A stretch of 32,000 bases of DNA, from assembly GCF_000175255.2 (NCBI RefSeq), contig NC_017262.1:960001-992000 (forward strand), written 5' to 3'. The stretch is from Zymomonas mobilis subsp. mobilis ATCC 10988 (GTDB lineage Bacteria; Pseudomonadota; Alphaproteobacteria; Sphingomonadales; Sphingomonadaceae). Numbering within the stretch: position 1 is the stretch's first letter; every line of letters begins with the position of its first letter. The notes under the pieces are model-generated. The model ran no database searches. It worked only from the letters and a program-made list of their open reading frames with translations, and had not been told where the DNA came from. A program made the position numbers and the translations under genes. Below, in pieces: positions 24,720 through 32,000 of the stretch.

Positions 24720-25358
24720 TTAATCTCCTGACCGGCGATCAAAATGGGTATGGGTGCGGCCATCCATAACGGCCTTGCCATTGATAAGGTCTACATTGAG
24801 ACTTTGGCCTTGAAAATGGCCATTCGGTGATTGCCCCGAAACAGGACGTTGGCTGGTAATTAGTCGTTTATCAAGATCAAGGACAACATCCTGTCCATTA
24901 ACACGATAACCGTTAGCCATAACCAGTTGGGCTGCCCCGTCGATGGTCAATATATTATTGTCCATATTATAACGCCCATGTGGCGCCGTTACGGTAGCGG
25001 GCCCGCTGTCTAATGTGATTTCGGCAACAAGATCGGTCAACCAAAGTTGCGGATCACTAGAGTCCGGTTGTGTCGCCGATTCTGCTTTGAGTTCAAAAAC
25101 GCGGCCATGATCGTCATGACCGCGATAAATAGCCTTTTTCAGATTCATGCGTTCTTTGGATGTCGATATATGGTCGCGTGACAGCATAAAGCTGAGATCA
25201 CGCCGCCCGATGAGGGGCGTAATCGCCATCATGGCAACGACAATAATAATAGCGACAGGAAGAATAATCCGAAGAATGTGGATTATTCTGTCATGGCTAC
25301 CTCCAGCCAGTGCCCAGCGGCGTTGGATAAATGCATTAGAAGGAGCCATGACCGGCAT
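24720..25358 (-). CDS. lptC: LPS export system anchor protein LptC
   Basis: It has a single N-terminal transmembrane segment (ILRIILPVAIIIVVAMMAITPLI) and a ~170-aa beta-rich periplasmic domain. It ends 5 nt upstream of lptA. The call rests mainly on architecture and synteny. Confidence 0.65.
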   Translation of the reverse strand: MPVMAPSNAFIQRRWALAGGSHDRIIHILRIILPVAIIIVVAMMAITPLIGRRDLSFMLSRDHISTSKERMNLKKAIYRGHDDHGRVFELKAESATQPDSSDPQLWLTDLVAEITLDSGPATVTAPHGRYNMDNNILTIDGAAQLVMANGYRVNGQDVVLDLDKRLITSQRPVSGQSPNGHFQGQSLNVDLINGKAVMDGRTHTHFDRRSGD

Positions 25359-25390
25359 GAGAGAATCAATCCTGAAAACGGCGTTATATT

Positions 25391-26044
25391 TTACATATGG
25401 GCGAAAATATCGGTTTCAGACCAACCCGCGATATCCAATTTGGCGCGCGTCGGGAGAAAGTCAAAGCAAGCCTGTGCCAATTCTTCCCGTTTTTCACGTT
25501 TAAGACGGATATCCAGTTTTTCTTTCAAGCCATGCAAGAAGCGAACATCAGAAGCCGCATATTCCCGCTGTGCATCGGATAATTTTTCTCCGCCCCAGTC
25601 AGAGCATTGCTGTTGTTTCGAGATGTCTTGTCCCAGCAATTCGCGAACCAGTTCTTTCAGACCGTGGCGGTCGGTATAGGTTCTGACGAGTTTTGAGGCG
25701 ATCTTGGTGCAATAGACAGGTGCCGCCATGACCCCGAGATAATAGAGAATCGCTGCAATATCGAAGCGGCCAAAGTGATAAATCTTGAGTCGATTCGGGT
25801 CGGACAGCACCGCTTTCAAATTGGGCGCGCTGTAATCGCTATCCGGTGCGAATCGCACCAGATGTTGATCGCCTTTACCGTCAGAAATTTGAACAACACA
25901 CAGCCGATCACGATGGGTAATTAGTCCCATTGTTTCGGTATCAACGGCTACAGCCCCCTCAGAAAGCGCATCTTTGGGTAAATCTTCTTCGTGAAAATAA
26001 ACAGTCATGGCAAGCGGCATAGAACTAAGCGGCGCTTGTCTCAA
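25391..26044 (-). CDS. DEDD-family 3'-5' exonuclease (short RNase D-like protein)
   Basis: ExoI is AVDTETMGL, ExoII is KIYHFGRFDIAAIL, and ExoIII is REYAASDVRFLHGL. The true start is probably internal (ATG 26020 or ATG 26008, MTVYFHEEDLP). Position 26044 is a TTG. Confidence 0.8.
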   Translation of the reverse strand: MRQAPLSSMPLAMTVYFHEEDLPKDALSEGAVAVDTETMGLITHRDRLCVVQISDGKGDQHLVRFAPDSDYSAPNLKAVLSDPNRLKIYHFGRFDIAAILYYLGVMAAPVYCTKIASKLVRTYTDRHGLKELVRELLGQDISKQQQCSDWGGEKLSDAQREYAASDVRFLHGLKEKLDIRLKREKREELAQACFDFLPTRAKLDIAGWSETDIFAHM

Positions 26045-26291
26045 GCCATATCCGCCGTTTTTAGACTGTTTTCGACTATCATTCGGCCTATTTTCACCTG
26101 TTTAATAACTCATTTCATCTGAATTATTAATATATTTGTTAGTTTGGTGTGGAAACTACTCGCAGTTATCGCGTTTTAACGGTAAAGAAGATATGTGTTG
26201 TGCCGAGCGGTCGGCGCAGCAGGGTATATGTCTCTCGTTCGATGTATACCCAGAATTTGAAGTTGGACGAACCAAGAAAGTATTTAAGGGC

Positions 26292-27065
26292 ATGAGTTTC
26301 GATAGAGGCAGACGTGGCCAGCGTGGCGGCCGAGATAAACGTGATGGTTTTGGCGGCGACGACTATAGTTTTGGCGGCGGTGATCGTTTCGGTGGTGGTT
26401 TTGGCGGTGGTGACCGCTTTGGTGGTAATGATCGTTTCGGTGGCGGCGATCGCTTCGGCGGTGGTGACCGCTTCGGTGGCGGCAACGGCGGCGGCGGTTT
26501 CCGCGGTGGCCGCGGCGGCGGTGGCGGTGGCGGTATGCCTCCCCAGGTTGTCGGTGAAGGCACCGGCGTTGTAAAATTCTTTAATTCCCAAAAAGGGTTC
26601 GGCTTCGTCGTTCGCGATGATGGCGGTGAAGATGTTTTTGTTCACATTTCTGCCGTTGAACAGGCAGGATTGACCGGTCTTGCTGAAGGTCAGCCTTTAA
26701 GCTTTACCTTGGTCGATCGTGGTGGTCGCGTTTCTGCTACCAACCTCGGTATCGAAGGTGAACCTTTGCCCATTACAGAATCTGCCCCTGCTCCGCGCGG
26801 TGGTGAATTCGGTGGTAGCCGTGGTGGCCCGCAGCGTCAGTTGACGGGTGAAAAATCCAGCGGCACCGTTAAATTTTTCAATGCAATGAAAGGCTTTGGC
26901 TTCATCCAGCGTGATGATGGTCAGCCCGACGCTTTTGTTCATATTTCCGCCGTTGAACGTGCAGGTCTGCCGAGCTTGAACGAAGGGGATCGTCTCTCCT
27001 TTGAACTCGAAGTAGATCGCCGTGGTAAATATGCTGCCGTTAATCTTGCTCAGTTGGACGACTAA
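26292..27065 (+). CDS. Cold-shock-domain protein with two CSDs and an N-terminal Arg/Gly-rich repeat region
   Basis: The preferred start is ATG 26292, preceded by aaggg (the track ORF starts at 26136). The N-terminus reads MSFDRGRRGQRGGRDKRDGFGGDDYSFGG, followed by five (G/N)DRFGG repeats and a poly-Gly FRGGRGG stretch. The two CSDs are GVVKFFNSQKGFGFVVRDDGGEDVFVHISAVE and GTVKFFNAMKGFGFIQRDDGQPDAFVHISAVE, each with RNP1 and RNP2 motifs. Confidence 0.9.
   Translation: MSFDRGRRGQRGGRDKRDGFGGDDYSFGGGDRFGGGFGGGDRFGGNDRFGGGDRFGGGDRFGGGNGGGGFRGGRGGGGGGGMPPQVVGEGTGVVKFFNSQKGFGFVVRDDGGEDVFVHISAVEQAGLTGLAEGQPLSFTLVDRGGRVSATNLGIEGEPLPITESAPAPRGGEFGGSRGGPQRQLTGEKSSGTVKFFNAMKGFGFIQRDDGQPDAFVHISAVERAGLPSLNEGDRLSFELEVDRRGKYAAVNLAQLDD
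26374..26534 (+). repeat. Imperfect 18-nt coding tandem repeat (GDRFGG units) plus a GGN-rich tract
   Basis: The units are ggtgatcgtttcggtggt, ggtgaccgctttggtggt, aatgatcgtttcggtggc, ggcgatcgcttcggcggt and ggtgaccgcttcggtggc. A run of ggc/ggt codons follows. Confidence 0.85.
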
Positions 27066-27088
27066 GTCTTTCTGACTTTCTAACAAAA

Positions 27089-27121
27089 AGACCGGTTGGT
27101 TTCTCCAGCCGGTCTTTTTTT
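27089..27121 (+). terminator. Rho-independent terminator of the CSD gene
   Basis: An 11-bp stem pairs AGACCGGTTGG with CCAGCCGGTCT (one G-U pair). The loop is TTTCT and seven T residues follow. It lies 24 nt after the stop. Confidence 0.85.
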
Positions 27122-27457
27122 GTCCTGTTTCATTTTTTGTTATCTGTTTGATAGCGCCTGAAAAAGATCGCTTCATCCTTGGCAATAAGAGCAGAAGAAA
27201 TAGCGATAAGAATATATTGCCTATCCCATTATCGCTGAACAGCCAGAATTGATCGCTGTTGCTAAAGTCAGATTTTAATTTTTGGGAGATGAATCATTTT
27301 TGTTTAGGGGCATAACGCCTGCTTGATGTTTGCTTTTTCAAAAGCAGAAGCGAGCTGTTTTTATAAAATGCACTATTATTAGAAATAGGACGAAAAACGC
27401 CTGAGGACTCGCCTGCATCAAGATAATAACTTTTTAATCCCCTGATAAAAATCAGTT

Positions 27458-28105
27458 TTATTCATTTTCAGGATTGATACGGATACCCCGTAAAAAAATT
27501 GAAATGGCATCTCGAAAATTGTCTTCAACAGGGCGTTTTTCTAAACCGAAAAGTCGATCGAGCAACAGGCTGCCTACGGTCATATTAAAAATGATATCCG
27601 CATATTTTATGGGGTCGGATATATGGTAGCGACCTTTGTCTTGTTGTTCGGAGAACCAGCGCGTCAAATTGTCTTCAGTATGTCCTTGTAAAATATCACT
27701 AAAAATATGCCGCATTTCTTCTGATTTATGTTCGACGGTTAAAATGCGAAGCAGGCAGACCCGATCCGGCCTTAGAATAGTTTGAGCAATGGCGATCAAT
27801 AGAGAGTAGAGATGTTCTTCGGGGTCTTCGCAGATTTTTTCTTCTGGCCATTCAATCGAGAAAAGCCGATCTTCGAGTAATTTGGTGAATAATATCTTTT
27901 TTGACGGGAACATTTGATACACCGTCTTTTTTGACATGCCTGCCTGACTGGCAACCCGATCCATACTGGAACCATCATAGCCATGCGTTTGCAGCACCGT
28001 TGCGGCGGCTTTTAAGATAAGAGCACAGCGTTTTTTTTCATCAAGCTGTGGAGGCCGCCCTACATGGCGTTTTGAGGCGCTTTTATCGGATTGATCGGGT
28101 GTCAT
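27458..28105 (-). CDS. TetR/AcrR-family transcriptional repressor
   Basis: The N-terminal HTH reads ILKAAATVLQTHGYDGSSMDRVASQAGMSKKTVYQMFPSKKILF. A ~150-aa helical ligand domain follows. The gene is divergent from an RND efflux operon. Confidence 0.9.
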   Translation of the reverse strand: MTPDQSDKSASKRHVGRPPQLDEKKRCALILKAAATVLQTHGYDGSSMDRVASQAGMSKKTVYQMFPSKKILFTKLLEDRLFSIEWPEEKICEDPEEHLYSLLIAIAQTILRPDRVCLLRILTVEHKSEEMRHIFSDILQGHTEDNLTRWFSEQQDKGRYHISDPIKYADIIFNMTVGSLLLDRLFGLEKRPVEDNFRDAISIFLRGIRINPENE

Positions 28106-28222
28106 AGTATTTGAATAATGTCCTTTTAATAGGATGATGGTTCAAATCATGCAGGAAAATTCTTTTCATCAAATGAAAGAATTTTGGGTCTTGACCTCTT
28201 TATAGGAGCCAGATACTTTTCA

Positions 28223-28248
28223 AATAAGAAACTTAAGAGTTTCTTATT
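28223..28248. promoter_or_regulatory. Perfect 26-bp palindrome, a candidate TetR operator in the divergent promoter region
   Basis: The sequence is AATAAGAAACT-TAAG-AGTTTCTTATT, with 11-bp perfect arms. It lies between the tetR-type gene (start 28105) and the adaptor gene (start 28330). Confidence 0.6.
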
Positions 28249-28329
28249 ACCAGATTCGATGTAGTCTTTTTAAAAAAATTTTCAAAACGTTTTAATCCAA
28301 TAGCACAAGATCAGGATAGGGGTTTCCGG

Positions 28330-29499
28330 TTGAAACGAAAAATTGCTCCAATATCTGTTTTTGCCGGATCAGTCTTGATGATGCTGACGGCCTGTCACCA
28401 TCAATCCCAAGAAGCCGAACCGGCATTGCAAGATGTTAGTTTTGTTACCGTAAAAACGCAGCCTTTGACCGTTCATAGCACCTTACCCGGTCGCACTTCG
28501 GCTTATGAGGTGGCGGAAGTAAGACCTCAGGTAAATGGGGTCGTTTTGGCGCGCTATTTTAACGAAGGCACGGATGTTAAAAAAGGGCAGCCGCTATTCC
28601 TTATCAATCCGGCTCCTTATCAAGCGACTTATGACGTTAATAAAGCGCAATTAGCTCATGCTGAAGCGCAAGAGAAAACGGCTGCTGCTAAATTAGAACG
28701 CTATAAGGCTTTGGCTCCGGCGCAGGCGATTAGTCGTCAGGATTATGATGATGCTTTGGCCACCGATCGCGCGGCCAAGGCAGATATTGCCCAAGCCAAA
28801 GCGAATATTGAATTATCGGCTGTTAATTTGGGATACACCCGTGTGACCGCGCCTATTACTGGCCGGATCGGGCGCGTTTTGACAACGGTCGGTGCCTTGG
28901 TAACGTCGGGGCAAAGTTCGAATATGGCGATTGTGACCCGCCTTGACCCGATTTATGTCGATGTGAATTTGCCAACCGTCGATTTTTTACGGTTGCGGCG
29001 CGAGTTAAAAGCGGGAACTTTGAAACGGAACGGCAATGATGCCGAAGTCTCCCTTATTCTCGACGATAATTCGACCTATAATCAAAAAGGGCGGCTGGCT
29101 TTAAGCGAAGTCAGTGCCGACACCCAGACATCGACCATTGTTGTTCGTGCGGTTTTCCCAAATCCTGAACATTTGTTGCTGCCCGGAATGTTTGTTTATG
29201 GTCGGATAGAAGAGGGTATTGATCCGAACGCCTTGTTGGTTCCGCAAGAATCCGTTTTCCGAAATAATCACGGTGATCCGATGTTATATGTCGTCAATAA
29301 AGACGACGTTATTGAAGCACGCCCGATAAAAACCGGTGAAGCTATCGGAACGCAATGGGCTGTGACATCCGGTTTGCAAAAAGGCGAACGCGTTTTGGTC
29401 TCCGGTCTTCAAAAAGTGAATATCGGCGACAAAGTTCATCCGACAGAGGCTTCTCTTACCAAAGACGCCTCGCCAGAAAAGAAGGGCGGCAAGGCGTAA
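28330..29499 (+). CDS. RND efflux periplasmic adaptor (membrane fusion lipoprotein, AcrA/MexA-like)
   Basis: The lipobox is VLMMLTAC. Family motifs include VRPQVNGVV, KGQPLFLINP, the coiled-coil segment AQLAHAEAQEKTAAAKLERYKAL, GYTRVTAPITGRIGR and LLPGMFV. The start is TTG. Confidence 0.9.
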   Translation: MKRKIAPISVFAGSVLMMLTACHHQSQEAEPALQDVSFVTVKTQPLTVHSTLPGRTSAYEVAEVRPQVNGVVLARYFNEGTDVKKGQPLFLINPAPYQATYDVNKAQLAHAEAQEKTAAAKLERYKALAPAQAISRQDYDDALATDRAAKADIAQAKANIELSAVNLGYTRVTAPITGRIGRVLTTVGALVTSGQSSNMAIVTRLDPIYVDVNLPTVDFLRLRRELKAGTLKRNGNDAEVSLILDDNSTYNQKGRLALSEVSADTQTSTIVVRAVFPNPEHLLLPGMFVYGRIEEGIDPNALLVPQESVFRNNHGDPMLYVVNKDDVIEARPIKTGEAIGTQWAVTSGLQKGERVLVSGLQKVNIGDKVHPTEASLTKDASPEKKGGKA

Positions 29500-29502
29500 A
29501 TT

Positions 29503-32000
29503 ATGGCTCGCTATTTTATTGACCGCCCTGTTTTTGCTTGGGTTATCGGTCTTATCATCATGTTATTGGGTGCCTTGGCAATTGTTAAAATGCCTATTGC
29601 CCAATATCCGAATGTTGCCCCTCCGCAGATTGAGATCAGTGTGTCTTATCCGGGGGCGTCGGCAGAAACGATCAATAATACCGTTGTTCGGCCTATCTTA
29701 CAGCAGATGCATGGCATCGATAATCTGGAATATATTTCGGCTTCTTCCTTTGCCTCGGGTCAGATGACGATTGATTTGACCTTTGCACAAGGTACCGATG
29801 CCGATATCGCACAGGTGCAAGTCCAGAATAAATTACAATTAGCACAGCCTCGTTTGCCGTCGGATGTGGTCAATCAGGGTATTACGGTTAACCGTTCTGC
29901 CAAAAGTTTTATGATGATTATGTCCTTCATCTCGACCGATGGCAGTATGTCCTATCAGGACATCAACGATTATGTGGCATCGAATATTGCTGATCCGTTG
30001 AGCCGTGTTTCCGGTGTCGGCGATTACACTCTGTTCGGTTTTGAATATGCAATGCGGGTCTGGTTAGATCCAGCAAAGCTCTACAAATATAATTTGACTG
30101 TAGCGGATGTCCAATCAGCTATTTCTACCCAGAATATTCAGCTTTCATCCGGTGAATTGGGCGGATTGCCTGCGGTTCAGGGTATTCGTTTGGATGCGAC
30201 CATTATTGGCCCGACCCGTTTGACCTCGCCTGAAGAATTTAAAAATATTCTGGTCAAGGCTTTGCCGGATGGCGCCCAAATCAAATTGGGTGACATCGCT
30301 AAAGTAGAGTTGGGCGCGCAAAGCTATAACTTTGACGTGCGCTATAATAACCAGCCGGCTTCGGGTATTGCGATCAAATTGGCACCGGGGGCGAACCAGC
30401 TTCAAACTGAAAAGTTGATCCGTCAGCGTTTGGCCGATTTGGAACCTTTCTTCCCTCATGGTTTGAAGGTCGAATATCCGGTTGATACCAAGCCATTTGT
30501 GACGGCTTCTATCCATGAGGTTATTGAAACCTTGGTGGAAGCTATTGCGCTTGTTTTCTTGGTGATGCTGATCTTCTTGCAGAATTTCCGTGCTACCTTG
30601 ATCCCGACGATTGCTGTGCCGGTGGTGTTGTTAGGCACCTTTGGTGTGCTTTCTGTCCTTGGTTTTTCAATCAATACTCTGACGATGTTGGCAATGGTCT
30701 TGGCTGTTGGCTTGTTGGTCGATGATGCCATCGTCGTTGTTGAAAATGTCGAACGTTTGATGCGAGATGAAAAGCTGCCCCCGAAAGAGGCAGCGAAGCG
30801 CTCGATGGATGAAATTTCTGGTGCTTTGATCGGTATCGTCTTGGTCTTGTCGGCCGTGTTCTTGCCTATGGCGGCCTTTTCAGGGTCAACGGGCGTTATC
30901 TATCGCCAATTCTCGATTACGATTGTGGTGGCGATGGGGCTGTCTGTCCTTGTGGCGATGATTATGACGCCAGCCCTTTGCGCAACGATGTTAAAGCCGA
31001 TTGACCATGACCAAGCCGATAAGAAGCCGGGTATCTTTGGTCGCTTGGCTAATGGCTTTAACCGCGCTTTTGACCGATTGAATAATGGTTATTTGGGTGG
31101 TGTGTCTTGGTTGTTAGGACGTTCCGTCAAAGGCGGCATTGCCTTTTTGATCATTGTTTTCGCCGTTGGTTATTTATTCACCCGCTTGCCAACCGGATTT
31201 TTGCCGGATGAAGATCAGGGTGAATTTATTGGTCAGGTGACCTTACCCCCGGGAGCGACCCAAGAACAAACGTCGGAAGCGGTGCGCAAGGTTAATGATT
31301 ATCTTCTGTCCGCAGAGAAAGACAGTGTCATCTCTGTGATGACGGTTAGCGGTTTTAACTTTGGTGGTCAGGGACAAAATGCCGGTTCTTTCTTCGTTCG
31401 TTTGAAACCTTGGGATCAGCGTCCGAAAGCCTCGCAAAGTGCTTCGGCCTTGGCAATGCGGACGATGATGCATTTTTGGGGTGATCCGTCATCGATGACT
31501 TTTGCCTTTAATATGCCTGCTGTCCGCGACTTGGGTAATGCTACCGGTTTTGACCTTGAACTGGAAGATCGCGGTCATATCGGTCATGCAAAATTCCTTG
31601 AAGCCCGTAACATGTTATTGGCTTTGGCCTCGAAAGATCCCCGCTTAAGTGGTGTCCGTCCGAATGGTATGGAAGATGCCCCTCAATATCATTTGACCGT
31701 TGATTACGGCAAAGCTGTTATGATGGGATTGACCCCAAATGATGTGAATGTGGCCTTGCAGGGGTCTTTGGGGTCGATTTACGTCAATCAGTTTATGCGG
31801 GATGACCGTGTGAAGCAGGTCTATTTAATGGGGGCACCGGAAGCGCGTATGCTGCCTTCCGATTTTTCCAAATGGTATCTGCGGAATAATGTCGGCACGA
31901 TGGTTCCCTTTAGCGCCTTTATGACAGGAACATGGCAAACGGGCCCTCAGAAAGTCGAAAATTATAACGGCTATAATTCTTTCGAAATTATGGGTGCGCC
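29503..32000 (+). CDS. RND multidrug efflux pump, inner-membrane subunit (AcrB/MexB-like), first ~832 codons; the 3' end lies outside the window
   Basis: This gene is absent from the ORF track because it has no stop in the window. The ATG at 29503 lies 4 nt after the adaptor stop. My hand translation gives MARYFIDRPVFAWVIGLIIMLLGALAIVKMPIAQYPNVAPPQIEISVSYPGASAET. Further on, in the same frame 1, it gives FLQNFRATLIPTIAVPVVLLGTF. Both are hallmark AcrB sequences. Confidence 0.92.
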   Translation, partial: MARYFIDRPVFAWVIGLIIMLLGALAIVKMPIAQYPNVAPPQIEISVSYPGASAETINNTVVRPILQQMHGIDNLEYISASSFASGQMTIDLTFAQGTDADIAQVQVQNKLQLAQPRLPSDVVNQGITVNRSAKSFMMIMSFISTDGSMSYQDINDYVASNIADPLSRVSGVGDYTLFGFEYAMRVWLDPAKLYKYNLTVADVQSAISTQNIQLSSGELGGLPAVQGIRLDATIIGPTRLTSPEEFKNILVKALPDGAQIKLGDIAKVELGAQSYNFDVRYNNQPASGIAIKLAPGANQLQTEKLIRQRLADLEPFFPHGLKVEYPVDTKPFVTASIHEVIETLVEAIALVFLVMLIFLQNFRATLIPTIAVPVVLLGTFGVLSVLGFSINTLTMLAMVLAVGLLVDDAIVVVENVERLMRDEKLPPKEAAKRSMDEISGALIGIVLVLSAVFLPMAAFSGSTGVIYRQFSITIVVAMGLSVLVAMIMTPALCATMLKPIDHDQADKKPGIFGRLANGFNRAFDRLNNGYLGGVSWLLGRSVKGGIAFLIIVFAVGYLFTRLPTGFLPDEDQGEFIGQVTLPPGATQEQTSEAVRKVNDYLLSAEKDSVISVMTVSGFNFGGQGQNAGSFFVRLKPWDQRPKASQSASALAMRTMMHFWGDPSSMTFAFNMPAVRDLGNATGFDLELEDRGHIGHAKFLEARNMLLALASKDPRLSGVRPNGMEDAPQYHLTVDYGKAVMMGLTPNDVNVALQGSLGSIYVNQFMRDDRVKQVYLMGAPEARMLPSDFSKWYLRNNVGTMVPFSAFMTGTWQTGPQKVENYNGYNSFEIMGA

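Noticed and set aside
26166-26645. Long ORFs lie on both strands over the Gly-repeat region: 26166-26645 minus, 26314-26574 plus and 26363-26563 minus. They translate as poly-Ala/Thr/Val or poly-Pro.
   Set aside because: They are frame artefacts of the GGN-rich tandem repeat inside the cold-shock-domain gene. Low-complexity, stop-poor sequence is open in every frame.
29519-31473. Several track ORFs lie inside the RND pump region: 29519-29767 plus, 30145-30516 minus, 30456-30731 minus and 31243-31473 minus.
   Set aside because: All are out of frame or antisense to the continuous AcrB-like frame that starts at 29503 and runs off the window. The real gene is missing from the track only because it lacks a stop codon here.

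Overview
This 32-kb chromosomal window reads like an alphaproteobacterium, probably Sphingomonadales. Gene set, gene order and codon usage look Zymomonas-like, but that taxon call is inference only. The left flank holds the 3' part of dld, an OmpR-type response regulator plus sensor kinase, and ccmA-ccmB. The right flank holds lnt, metK, rpoN-lptB-lptA-lptC (minus strand), a small RNase D-like exonuclease, a two-domain cold-shock protein with a Gly/Arg-rich repeat N-terminus, and a tetR-type regulator divergent from an RND efflux operon (adaptor plus the first 2.5 kb of the pump). Between ccmB and lnt (about 4.6-18.3 kb) lies an accessory block that looks AT-richer by eye and is almost entirely minus-strand. 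It consists of eight head-to-tail units of one paralogous gene family of about 475 codons. Each unit encodes a signal peptide, a helical TPR-like N-domain, and what I read as two tandem retropepsin-like half-domains with non-canonical residues at the catalytic positions. The units are separated by conserved spacers of exactly 54 bp, giving a period of exactly 1482 bp where undisturbed. Four units are intact and one has its last codons replaced by an IS end. Three are wrecked: two by near-identical 849-bp IS5-family copies in inverted orientation (each with a TA duplication at a CTAG target, one unit also frameshifted), and one by a related 847-bp IS associated with loss of about 1.2 kb. This array is the most interesting object in the window. 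Its function is unknown, and everything beyond the sequence patterns is inference.
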